DNA of 64,000 nt from an uncultured Spirochaetota bacterium (lineage in GTDB: Bacteria > Spirochaetota > Spirochaetia > SZUA-6 > Fen-1364): NCBI GenBank assembly GCA_963820525.1, contig CAWGAA010000001.1, positions 285,299 through 349,298 on the forward strand, written 5' to 3'. Below are positions 38,832-47,896 of the stretch, in pieces. The translations under genes and the position numbers were made by a program. Below the pieces are notes generated by a model, which was not told where the DNA came from, did not search any database, and saw only the letters and a list, made by a program, of their open reading frames with translations. Positions within the stretch are counted from its first letter, which is position 1; each line of letters begins with the position of its first letter.

Positions 38832-39485
38832 CTACAGAAGTTCGATAAGGTTGAGGGGGGCCCGGATCACTTCTCGTGCACCGGCCGCGAGCAGCTCCTC
38901 TTGAGTGCGGAATCCCCAGAGCGCCCCCACGGGAAACATTCCCGCGGCACGGGCGGTTGCCATGTCCGTGTCGCTGTCTCCAAGGTAGAGAAAGCCTTCG
39001 GGGGGAATCCCGAGGAGGCTGGCGATCTCCTTGCACCCTGCCGGGTCCGGTTTTCTCGGGATCCCCGCCCGCTCGCCGAATGCCGCATCGAATTGGAGGC
39101 CGGGAAAGTAATGCTCGAGCATTTCAGCCACGAACGCATTCGGCTTGTTGGAGAGAACCGCTCGCTTCACTCCCAGCTCTGAAAGCCTCTGCAATAACTC
39201 GCTGATTCCCGGATACGGCCGGGTCTTGAGGCTCCACCTCCGGCTGTATTCCTCCCCCATTTCCCGCGCGCAGATGGAGACGAGATTCGAGTCGCCGCGC
39301 GCTGATCGGGGAAGGGCCCGCTCGAGGAGGGTCCTGACGCCCTCTCCCACGAAGAGCCTGTATGCCGGAATGGGATGAACGGGAAAGCCATGGGCTGCCA
39401 GGACGGAGTTGGCCGACTCCGCCAGGTCTTCCAGTGTGTTCAAAAGCGTGCCGTCCAGATCGAAGAGAACAGCGTGGTGGCTCAT
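38832..39485 (-). CDS. HAD-IA family hydrolase (phosphoglycolate phosphatase-like)
   Basis: Motif I reads DLDGTLLNT. 217 aa. Confidence 0.8.
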   Translation of the reverse strand: MSHHAVLFDLDGTLLNTLEDLAESANSVLAAHGFPVHPIPAYRLFVGEGVRTLLERALPRSARGDSNLVSICAREMGEEYSRRWSLKTRPYPGISELLQRLSELGVKRAVLSNKPNAFVAEMLEHYFPGLQFDAAFGERAGIPRKPDPAGCKEIASLLGIPPEGFLYLGDSDTDMATARAAGMFPVGALWGFRTQEELLAAGAREVIRAPLNLIELL

Positions 39486-39501
39486 GTCGTGAAAAAAGCG
39501 G

Positions 39502-40248
39502 CTATGTCCGCCTGCTGAGGTAGAAGAAGAGCATCCCCCCCTGAGTCTCCACCGTGAGATTCCATTGGGCTGGATCGAAAATGGAGAAGACTTCCTGGAT
39601 GAGACGCGCTGAAACGGGCCTCTCCGAGATCACCTCTTGTGGGGGATTCTGGAAGAATACGGTCCCGTAGAGGCCGCCATCACGCTTGAGGACCCGCTTG
39701 ATCTCCTCTGCGCACTTCTGGGGCTCCGGGAATGCATTGAAAACCATGAGAGCAAGACACAGGTCCACGCAGTTGTCGGGAAGCGGGATCCGCTCGGCGT
39801 CGATGTTCCAGAGGGCCATGTTGAAACTCTCACCCAGGAGGCTCTTCGCGTGGGCCAGCATCTCGGCCGAGATATCCATCCCGAGGTAGATGGAATTTGA
39901 GGGAATGAAGGAGCCCACCGGAAACGAGGTCCCGCAGCCGACGTCGAGGATGACCTTCCCGCCGGCGCCCGCCATGAAGGCCTCGAGCTTCGCGGCGTAG
40001 GCGCTCCACGGGCAGCCGAGGCTTTCGATGAGTCGAACAATGGCATTGTCGTAGGTGGAAGCCAGCGTTTCGAATGTCTTTTGGACCACCCTTTGGGCAT
40101 CAGAAAGGGGGAGAGACGTGAGAAAATCGATTACTCCGTTTTTTATGGGGTACACCCTTCCGCACTTGGAGCAGGTGAAAGAGTCTCCGTTTCGCGCAAG
40201 ACTCTCCCTGCAGCTCGGGCAGAAGGGCGAGAACAGTTGCATAATCAT
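39502..40248 (-). CDS. Class I SAM-dependent methyltransferase with an N-terminal Cys4 zinc-ribbon
   Basis: N-terminal CPSC...CSKCG pair and an LDVGCGTSFP motif. Confidence 0.75.
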   Translation of the reverse strand: MIMQLFSPFCPSCRESLARNGDSFTCSKCGRVYPIKNGVIDFLTSLPLSDAQRVVQKTFETLASTYDNAIVRLIESLGCPWSAYAAKLEAFMAGAGGKVILDVGCGTSFPVGSFIPSNSIYLGMDISAEMLAHAKSLLGESFNMALWNIDAERIPLPDNCVDLCLALMVFNAFPEPQKCAEEIKRVLKRDGGLYGTVFFQNPPQEVISERPVSARLIQEVFSIFDPAQWNLTVETQGGMLFFYLSRRT

Positions 40249-40329
40249 TATTTTATGGTACTATGCCGCGGTCTGTCAAATAGGGAGCCACCAGGCCCGC
40301 GTGCCATCCCTGCTTGATGGCTCCTGGTT

Positions 40330-42342
40330 TTGCCGTTTATGAAAGCAATAGCCTTTGAAAATCTCAATGAATATCAGCTTGCAGCAGTGCAAGCAACCGA
40401 GGGCCCTCTTCTCATCCTTGCGGGCGCCGGCTCGGGCAAAACCCGCGTCATAACCTATCGGATCGCCCAACTTCTGGCCAAGGGCGTTCCCCAGTCTGAG
40501 GTCCTGGCCGTCACATTCACGAACAAGGCCGCCCGGGAGATGGCTCAAAGGGTCAAGCAGCTCATTCCCCGGAAGCTTTCACGCCTTACCATCAGCACGT
40601 TCCACTCCTTTGGCGCTCAAATCCTCAGGGAGAAGGGCTCTCTTCTCGGCTACCGGCCGAACCTCACCATCTACGATTCCCAGGACCAGGTCTCGCTGAT
40701 GAAAGAAACGGCTCGCGAGATGGCCATGAAGACCGATGAGTACGATTTCGCCAAGGTGGCCGGATACCTGTCCGGCATAAAAACGGGGCGCAAGGCATGG
40801 AAAGCCTCGGACAAGGCCCTCAAGCCGCTGTTCAAGGAATACCAGAAGAACCTGAAGCTCGCAAATGCTGTGGACTTCGACGATCTGATCGTCCTTCCCA
40901 TCAAGATCCTCGGAGAATCCGAGGAGGCACGGACAGCCTACCGGGAGCGGTTCCGCTATATCCTGGTGGATGAGTTCCAGGATACCTCCGCCAATCAGTA
41001 CGAGCTCATGAAGCTCCTGGCAGAGGGACGGGGAAACATCTGCGTTGTCGGAGACGACGACCAGTCCATATACTCCTGGCGGGGGGCAAGCTTCGAGAAT
41101 ATCGTGAAATTCGAGAGAGACTTTCCCGGCCTTCGGGTGATAAAGCTGGAGCAGAACTACCGCTCCACCCGTGCAATACTTCGGGCCGCAAACGGCCTCA
41201 TCAGCCATAACAAGAACCGGAAGCCCAAGCAGCTGTGGAGCGGTCTGCCCGAGGGGGAACCGATCGAGCTCTCCTACCCTGACAATGAGCTTGAGGAAGC
41301 CGAGCACATCGCCGACGCGATCAGGGCGCTTGCCATCCGGCATTCACTCACCTACCACGACTTCGCAGTTCTGGTGAGAGCCAACCATCTCACGCGCGCC
41401 CTGGAAGAGGTCTTCCGCAAGGAAAGCATCCCCTACGTGATCTCTGGTGGAACCGGCTTCTTCGAACGACAGGAGGTCCGGGACGTCCTTGCATACCTGA
41501 AGGTGATCGTCAACCACGATGACGACACGAGCCTGCTCAGGATCGTCAACACTCCCCGGAGGGGCTTGGGCCGGAAGCTCCTGGAGCATGTCATGATCTA
41601 CGCCGCCAAGCAGGGATTCTCCCTGTACTCCGCCATGTCCGCTGCCGTCGCTGGGAAGGTTCCGGCCGTCGAAGAAAAGGCCCGCGGGCTGATCTCGGAG
41701 TTCCTCCAGCTGATCGAGGGCTTCCGGGAGCGCTTCTTTTCCGGAGATAAAATCGCTCCAAGCCTCAAGGCCCTTGTTGAGGAGATCGACTACTGGGGCC
41801 ATCTCATGGCGGAAACCAAGGACAAGGATGCCGCCCGCTGGAAGCTCGCCAATGTGGAGTCCCTCATTGGATCCGTGGCAGACTACGAAGAGGACCCCGA
41901 CAACGTGTCGCCCAGCATCTACGATTACCTGCGCAATGTGAGCCTCGCGGGCCGCGACGACCTGGAAGAGAAGGACTCCTCCGGCAGGGTCAATGTGATG
42001 ACAATCCACGCGGCAAAGGGACTGGAGTTCCCCGTCGTCTTCGTGGCCGGAGTGGAGGAAGGGATCATTCCTCATGCCCGCTCCGTGGAGGAGGCAAACG
42101 CAGACGAGGAGGAGGAGCGAAGGCTCTTCTACGTGGCCATCACAAGGGCGCAGCGGAGGCTGTTCCTCAGCGCCTGCTCTTCCCGGCGGAGGATGGGCAG
42201 GCCCTGCGAGTCCGTCCCCTCCCCCTTCCTCGACGAGATCCCTCCGGAGTGTCTCTCCGTGCGCGAGCAGGAAGGAGATCTGGCGGCGGAGGAGGCGGCG
42301 CGCCTTTTCGCCGAGGCGCGAAGGCGGTTCGTCAAGGAGTAG
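40330..42342 (+). CDS. pcrA: ATP-dependent DNA helicase PcrA/UvrD family
   Basis: N-terminus LNEYQLAAVQATEGPLLILAGAGSGKTRV and 670 aa. Confidence 0.9.
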   Translation: MPFMKAIAFENLNEYQLAAVQATEGPLLILAGAGSGKTRVITYRIAQLLAKGVPQSEVLAVTFTNKAAREMAQRVKQLIPRKLSRLTISTFHSFGAQILREKGSLLGYRPNLTIYDSQDQVSLMKETAREMAMKTDEYDFAKVAGYLSGIKTGRKAWKASDKALKPLFKEYQKNLKLANAVDFDDLIVLPIKILGESEEARTAYRERFRYILVDEFQDTSANQYELMKLLAEGRGNICVVGDDDQSIYSWRGASFENIVKFERDFPGLRVIKLEQNYRSTRAILRAANGLISHNKNRKPKQLWSGLPEGEPIELSYPDNELEEAEHIADAIRALAIRHSLTYHDFAVLVRANHLTRALEEVFRKESIPYVISGGTGFFERQEVRDVLAYLKVIVNHDDDTSLLRIVNTPRRGLGRKLLEHVMIYAAKQGFSLYSAMSAAVAGKVPAVEEKARGLISEFLQLIEGFRERFFSGDKIAPSLKALVEEIDYWGHLMAETKDKDAARWKLANVESLIGSVADYEEDPDNVSPSIYDYLRNVSLAGRDDLEEKDSSGRVNVMTIHAAKGLEFPVVFVAGVEEGIIPHARSVEEANADEEEERRLFYVAITRAQRRLFLSACSSRRRMGRPCESVPSPFLDEIPPECLSVREQEGDLAAEEAARLFAEARRRFVKE

Positions 42343-42344
42343 GG

Positions 42345-42380
42345 AAAAAAAGGGGCGCCTTCCGGCGCCCCCTGTCTCGT
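42345..42380. terminator. Bidirectional intrinsic terminator between pcrA and the sigma-factor gene
   Basis: aaaaaaaggggcgccttccggcgcccc. On the minus strand the stem is followed by a T-run. Confidence 0.5.
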
Positions 42381-42393
42381 CATATCTGATTTT

Positions 42394-43290
42394 CTACATG
42401 TAGGCGCGCAGCACGTGGCTCCGGGAAGGGTGTTGGAGCCGCTTGATTGCTTTCTTCTCGATCTGCCTGATGCGTTCCTTGGTCAGCTTGTACTTCGAGC
42501 CGATCTCCTTCAACGACATCGGTCTCTTCCCGTTCAAGCCGAAGCGGTACTGGATGATCTCCGCCTCTTTCTGGGTGAGGGTTTTCAGGATGCTGTTGAT
42601 GTCCTCGCGCAGGGAGTTTTCAATGACCATATCGTCCGGCATCGGCTGTTCCTTGTCCTCGACGAAGTCGCCCAGGAGCGAGGAATCCTTCTCGGAGTAG
42701 ACGGGAGTGTCCAGGGAGATGAGCTCGCGGGAGATGTTGATCAGGTCTGCGACGTGATCCGGGTCGATGTCCAGCTTCTTGGCGATCATATCCGTCTCCG
42801 ATATGGAGTATTGCTCGCCCTGCAGGTCCTTCTTGACCTTCTCGATCTGGACCAGCTCGTTCGCCCTGTTCAGGGGAAGGCGGATCATCCGCGACTTTTC
42901 GCAGATCGCCTTGAGTATCGCCTGGCGGATCCACCATACGGCGTAAGAGATGAAGTGGTATCCCTTGTCCACGTCAAAGCGTTCGATCGCATTCATCAGC
43001 CCGATGTTTCCCTCGCTGATGAGGTCGGCCAGGGGAAGGCCCTGATTCTGGTACTTTTTGGCGACGTTCACGACAAACCGGAGGTTGGCGCGGATCAGCT
43101 TGTCTTTAGAGATGCCCTCGCCCTTTGCGGCCCTCCGGGCAAGATGCTCCTCCTCTCCCCGAGTCAGGAGCGGGATCTTGTTTATTTCCTTCAGATAAAG
43201 GGACAGGACGTTTTCATCCGCCCGCGTTGTCTTTCGTTCTTTCTCAGTTTTCTCAATTCTCTCCTCTTTGACTGCTACGCTCATATTCAC
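42394..43290 (-). CDS. RNA polymerase sigma factor, sigma-70 family (group 2/RpoS-like, regions 1.2-4)
   Basis: Region 2.4 YAVWWIRQAI, region 4 KLTKERIRQIEKKAIKRL, 298 aa. Confidence 0.85.
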   Translation of the reverse strand: MNMSVAVKEERIEKTEKERKTTRADENVLSLYLKEINKIPLLTRGEEEHLARRAAKGEGISKDKLIRANLRFVVNVAKKYQNQGLPLADLISEGNIGLMNAIERFDVDKGYHFISYAVWWIRQAILKAICEKSRMIRLPLNRANELVQIEKVKKDLQGEQYSISETDMIAKKLDIDPDHVADLINISRELISLDTPVYSEKDSSLLGDFVEDKEQPMPDDMVIENSLREDINSILKTLTQKEAEIIQYRFGLNGKRPMSLKEIGSKYKLTKERIRQIEKKAIKRLQHPSRSHVLRAYM

Positions 43291-43452
43291 CTCGTGCTAA
43301 TACAAAGCAAGTAATGTGCCAAAGGGAGAATTGGGTCAGCTTATATTTATTTATAGAATAGATAATTAGAATCTATTGCGAACGATGTTCTTATTCCTGG
43401 ACCTGCAATGAGTCAAAATGATACAGATCGGCGAAAACCGCCGAATTCCGCA
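43291..43452 (-). promoter_or_regulatory. AT-rich (~35% GC) promoter region upstream of the sigma-factor gene
   Basis: A sharp GC drop. On the minus strand there are TTGACT and several TATAAAT/AATATAA -10-like hexamers. Confidence 0.4.
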
Positions 43453-44199
43453 TCAAAATATACCACTCAAGACCTCCTCATTTCCAGGCGTTCGACCGCA
43501 ACAGAGGCTGTAGGGCAAGCCGGAGCCGCAGGTGCAGCGGTCGGTCAGATTCACCCGCCTTTGGGTGCTGAAGTTCACCGCAATGACGCTCTGGGTGGGC
43601 GGCTCGGAAAGGAGAACTGTGGGAAATATGATCCGGGTGGATACGAAGATCGTGCGCTTTTCGTCGCACGACTTGCCCGCCAGCACTCCCGACTTCACGA
43701 GGTTGCCCCAGTAGTCGCGGATGAGATCCACCACCATGTCCTGTTCCGCAAGCGTGGAGAAGGTCCGCTTGTTCTTGGAGAGCAGGTAGCGGGCCAGCTG
43801 GACGGAGGCGAATGCCTTCCAATCATCCAGATCCTCTCTCTTCTGCTTCTCCATGCCGTACGAGTTTGTGAGTCTCGAGAGCATCCGTCGGGCATGCCCG
43901 CGCTTCTGAAGCCGCTGACAGGACACCCAGCTCTTGATCGCCGTCTCGGGATGGCCCAGACGCCGAAGGGCGACACCGAGATAGAAACAGATGCGGTAGA
44001 GGTCCCTGCCCTTCGATGCCGGGCATTCCTGGAGCGCTTTTTCGAAATACCGGGAGGCTCCCTGCGGATCGTGCCGCGCGAGAAGGCGCAACCCGCGTGT
44101 GAAGTACATGACCCATGCAGTCATTTCAAGACTCAAGACAATGTACATCATGGCCGGGATGGTGACAACTTGGGGACGCAAGGGAGGCACAGCCGGCAC
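43453..44199 (-). CDS. TPR-repeat protein with a C-terminal SEC-C zinc-binding motif
   Basis: TPR-like helices. The C-terminus CTCGSGLPYSLCCG is a SEC-C motif. Confidence 0.55.
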   Translation of the reverse strand: MPAVPPLRPQVVTIPAMMYIVLSLEMTAWVMYFTRGLRLLARHDPQGASRYFEKALQECPASKGRDLYRICFYLGVALRRLGHPETAIKSWVSCQRLQKRGHARRMLSRLTNSYGMEKQKREDLDDWKAFASVQLARYLLSKNKRTFSTLAEQDMVVDLIRDYWGNLVKSGVLAGKSCDEKRTIFVSTRIIFPTVLLSEPPTQSVIAVNFSTQRRVNLTDRCTCGSGLPYSLCCGRTPGNEEVLSGIF

Positions 44200-44315
44200 C
44201 CCCGGAGGCGCATAGTCCTTGACGAACCATGCCCATCGTCGTTATATTCCCAGTAAAACCACAGCCACTTTTGGTGGAATATATAGCGAAACATCGTGTC
44301 AGGAGGACAACGTAC

Positions 44316-44579
44316 ATGAAGGTGAAGCCGCTCGCAGACCGCATTCTCGTCAAGATGGTGGAGATGGAGACCAAGACCGCCGGAGGCATCCTCATCCCCC
44401 AGACCGCCCAGGAGAAGACCCAGGAAGGGATCGTCCTCGCCGTGGGCGACGACGAGGCAATCAAGGTGAAGGTGAACGACCGCGTCATCTACGACAAGTA
44501 TGCCGGCACCACGATCAAGGTCGGGGGTGAAGAGCAGTTGATCCTCAAGGCGGCCGACATCCTCGCCAAGGTGGAATAA
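44316..44579 (+). CDS. groES: Co-chaperonin GroES (no groEL downstream)
   Basis: MKVKPLADRILVK...GGILIP, 88 aa. An AGGAGG ribosome-binding site precedes it and a terminator hairpin follows. Confidence 0.9.
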   Translation: MKVKPLADRILVKMVEMETKTAGGILIPQTAQEKTQEGIVLAVGDDEAIKVKVNDRVIYDKYAGTTIKVGGEEQLILKAADILAKVE

Positions 44580-44640
44580 GGCCCCTTTTTTCTCGCGGCC
44601 AAGGGGCTGTCCAGGGAGGACGGCCCTTTTTATTGCCTCT

Positions 44641-47067
44641 TTAATCGAAAAACGAACGAACTGCCTGAAGGACTTCCGCCGAGCCGGCGATGAGACGTCG
44701 GGTGCGCGGGAGCGACTCGATGAAAACCGAACCGTACTGCTTCGAGACGATGCGGGAATCGAGGATGAGAACGACTCCCCGATCGTCGTGCCGCCGCATG
44801 AGCCTGCCGAATCCCTGGCGCAGCCTTACAACCGCGTCGGGCAGGGAAAGCTCGGTGAAAGGATTTCCCCCCCGCTCCTCGATGGCCGCCATCCGGGCCC
44901 TGAGAACCGGCTCCGAGGGCACGCGGAAGGGAAGCCGGCAGAGGATGACGGCCTGCAGGGTCTCGCCCGGCGCATCGACGCCTTCCCAGAACGAATCAGT
45001 GGCAAAAAGGACGCTCGAGGTGTCCTCGCGGAACCTGTCCAGGAGCCTCGCCCTCTCCTCGTCTCCCTGCTTGTAGATCCGAATCCCGTGGGAGGAAAGG
45101 GCCGGCTCCACGGCGGAATACACCTCCCGCAGGAGGGAATATGAGGTAAAAAGAACGAGGCCGGCTCCGTGGCTTGCCCGCAAGCTTTCCGCGATGAAGC
45201 GGGAAAGGAACTCGCGATACCCGGGCTGATCCGGGGCTGGGGCATCGGTAGGCACCCCGAGGAGCACCTGCTCCTGGAAGTTGAAGGGAGACGGGAAGGT
45301 CTTTGTTATCGGCTCCCGCGCCGAGAAGCCGGAGAGCCCGACCCTGCCCGCCCAGAAATCGAACCTCCCCGCCACGGTAAGAGTCGCGGAGGTGAGGACC
45401 ACGGTCTTGAGCGGCTCGAAGACGGCCTCCCTCATGAGAGGGGCGATATCGAGAGGGGTGATCACCAGGCGAGCGAACCTCTCCGCCCCCTGCCCCCGCA
45501 CGGCCTCCATCCACAGCACATCGTTTGCGGCCGAGCCGCCGCCGCGGAAGCGGTCCGCGATTTCGGCAAGTCCCGCAAGGCGCGTCACCTGGACGCGGCA
45601 GTCCCAGATCAGGTTCTCCTCGTCGGAAGCCGGCGCCTTCTCGAAGATCTCTTCGAAAGCCGCCGTAAATGCGGCCACGGAGGCCGAGAACTCGGCCAGC
45701 GGGGCCGATGCCGGTGAAAACCGCGAGCGCCCCTGGTCGTCCAGGAGGAGGTTTCCCTCCTCACCCATGAGAGCCACCAGCGCCGCGTCCAGCTCCGCCG
45801 CCTTCTGCTGGACGTCCGCCGCCAGGTCGGGGATTTTCTTGACCACGGCCTTTCTTCCCATGAGCTTGACCAGCGCGGGATAGAGCCCCGTGACCCTGTT
45901 CCTTCGCTTGCGGTATATCCTTCCCACGAACTTGGAGACGGCGGCCCGCGAGAGCACGCGCGAGAAGAAAGACGTGGCCGCCCGTTCTATGTTGTGCGCT
46001 TCATCGAAGACGATCCGGCGGAACGGCGGAAGCACGGCGGGATCGTCGAAGCCTGAGCCGGCCAGTCGCAGTGCGAGGTCCGAGAACAAAAGGTGATGAT
46101 TGGCCACCAGCACCTTGGCAGATGCCGCCTCCCTGCGCGCCTTGAGCACGAAACAACCGTCCCGAAGCCGGCAGCGCAGTCCCAGGCAAGTATCCGCTTC
46201 GGAACAGACCCTGGACCAGGTCTCCTCCCGTGGGTAGAAGGACAGGTCGGTCCTGCTTCCCGTGGCGGTCGTGCGCGACCACTCCATGATGGCGGAAAGC
46301 TCCTCGTTTTCCTCCTTGAAAAGCGAGAGCTCCGTGAGGGCCTCCCCGAGTCGATGGAGGCAGAGGTAGTTCCCCCTCCCTTTGACCAGGACCACCTTGG
46401 GATCCTCACGGAGGATGTGCTTCACCAGGGGGATGTCCTTTTCGACGAGCTGCTGCTGGAGGTTGATGGTGTTGGTGGAGACCACGACGCGCTCGTTGTT
46501 TGCGATGGCCCAGGAGATGGCGGGCAGAAGGTATGCCAGGGATTTTCCCACGCCGGTTCCGGCTTCGGCGGCCACGATCTCCTCGTCGTTGAAGGCCCTG
46601 CAGACGAGCTTCAACATTCCGACCTGGCTGTCCCTCTGCTCGTATTGGGGGTAGATCCTCGAAAAACCGCCGCCGGGAGAAAGCTCGGCGGCCAGCCGCT
46701 TTTCGTCGAGGAGGGTTATCTCCTGGGCAGAGACGGGCTCGGCAACGACATACACGTTTTGCACGGTGTTGTCGACGATGGCGAAGCCGATGCCTTCGTT
46801 TCCCAGCCGCGAGGCGATGGCGATGTCGGGCCCGCTGGGGGAAAGCTCGCCCGAGGGGTGGTTGTGGATGACCATGTCGCCCTGCTGGAGGTGGGGCCTC
46901 AAGATGGGAACGAGGTTTTCGGTTCCCCTCGCCCCCACCACGACATCCTCGACCTTTCCGGCAGGGCCAGCGCGGCCTACAAGAAAGACCTCGTTTCCGC
47001 CGGCATCCTCGATCGCCTCGCGGATCTGCTCCATGGCGAACGGCTCGAATCGCTCGTCAGCCGTCAC
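44641..47067 (-). CDS. DinG-family Fe-S ATP-dependent helicase with an N-terminal JAB/MPN (RadC-like) domain
   Basis: N-terminal JAMM motif HNHPSGELSPSGPD. Helicase motif I is AEAGTGVGKS, the DEAH box is VFDEAHN, and there is a four-Cys Fe-S cluster. Start is GTG at 47067, or ATG at 47034. Confidence 0.75.
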   Translation of the reverse strand: MTADERFEPFAMEQIREAIEDAGGNEVFLVGRAGPAGKVEDVVVGARGTENLVPILRPHLQQGDMVIHNHPSGELSPSGPDIAIASRLGNEGIGFAIVDNTVQNVYVVAEPVSAQEITLLDEKRLAAELSPGGGFSRIYPQYEQRDSQVGMLKLVCRAFNDEEIVAAEAGTGVGKSLAYLLPAISWAIANNERVVVSTNTINLQQQLVEKDIPLVKHILREDPKVVLVKGRGNYLCLHRLGEALTELSLFKEENEELSAIMEWSRTTATGSRTDLSFYPREETWSRVCSEADTCLGLRCRLRDGCFVLKARREAASAKVLVANHHLLFSDLALRLAGSGFDDPAVLPPFRRIVFDEAHNIERAATSFFSRVLSRAAVSKFVGRIYRKRRNRVTGLYPALVKLMGRKAVVKKIPDLAADVQQKAAELDAALVALMGEEGNLLLDDQGRSRFSPASAPLAEFSASVAAFTAAFEEIFEKAPASDEENLIWDCRVQVTRLAGLAEIADRFRGGGSAANDVLWMEAVRGQGAERFARLVITPLDIAPLMREAVFEPLKTVVLTSATLTVAGRFDFWAGRVGLSGFSAREPITKTFPSPFNFQEQVLLGVPTDAPAPDQPGYREFLSRFIAESLRASHGAGLVLFTSYSLLREVYSAVEPALSSHGIRIYKQGDEERARLLDRFREDTSSVLFATDSFWEGVDAPGETLQAVILCRLPFRVPSEPVLRARMAAIEERGGNPFTELSLPDAVVRLRQGFGRLMRRHDDRGVVLILDSRIVSKQYGSVFIESLPRTRRLIAGSAEVLQAVRSFFD

Positions 47068-47896
47068 CGAATTTCGCTCCAAGCTCCCGCACCGTCTTCT
47101 CCAAAAGACCGGCGAATCGGGGGGCTGCTTCCGTGCCGCGGGCGATGACCTCGGCATGATCGAGCGGCTCAGGGAGGATTCCCGCGGCCATGTTGGTGAT
47201 GCAGGAGACTCCCAACACGTCCATCGCGAGGTATCTGGCGGCGATGACCTCGGGAACGGTGGACATGCCCACCATGTCCGCCCCCATCGCGGCAAGCATG
47301 GAGATTTCTGCGGGAGTCTCGTAGCTGGGGCCCGAGAGCGCCGCGTACACCCCTTCGGCAAGGGGACGGTCCGAGGCCTTGCGGGCGGCGGCTCGAAGCG
47401 GTGCGGAGTATGATGTGCTCATGTCGGGAAACCGGGGGCCCAGATCCGGGTTGGGGCCGCGCAGGGGATTCACGCCCATCAGGTTGATGTGGTCCTTGAT
47501 CAGCACAAGGTCTCCCGGAGCGTAGGAACGGTTGATGCCCCCGGCGGCATTGGTCACGATGAGGGTTCTCACACCCAGGCTGTAGAGGAAGAAAACCGAG
47601 AATACGACGTCGTCGATGGGCCGGCCTTCATAGTAATGGATGCGGCCGGCGAGAATGGCGAGATCCCCCCCGAGGGTGAGCACTCCGTGATGGCCGGCGA
47701 CGGAAGGCAGCGGGAATCCCGCTATGGAAGAGTACGGGATACGGATTCCCTTTACCTTGGAGGCGAACTCTCCAAGCCCGGAGCCAAGCACGATTCCGAT
47801 CCGCGGCGTCCGCTTCCTGTTCCCGCCAAGCGAATCGAGAGCGATGGCGAGCCTTTTCGAGAGACTCTCATCCATAGCAACCTCCCCTCGGCGCAC
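47057..47896 (-). CDS. Purine nucleoside phosphorylase (PNP/MTAP family)
   Basis: IGIVLGSGLG...GVLTLGG...STVPEVIAA, 279 aa. Confidence 0.85.
   Translation of the reverse strand: MRRGEVAMDESLSKRLAIALDSLGGNRKRTPRIGIVLGSGLGEFASKVKGIRIPYSSIAGFPLPSVAGHHGVLTLGGDLAILAGRIHYYEGRPIDDVVFSVFFLYSLGVRTLIVTNAAGGINRSYAPGDLVLIKDHINLMGVNPLRGPNPDLGPRFPDMSTSYSAPLRAAARKASDRPLAEGVYAALSGPSYETPAEISMLAAMGADMVGMSTVPEVIAARYLAMDVLGVSCITNMAAGILPEPLDHAEVIARGTEAAPRFAGLLEKTVRELGAKFGDG

Noticed and set aside
47034-47067. Whether DinG and PNP genuinely overlap.
   Set aside because: This is only start-codon ambiguity (GTG 47067 vs ATG 47034). Either start leaves the JAB motif intact, so it is not reported as a feature.
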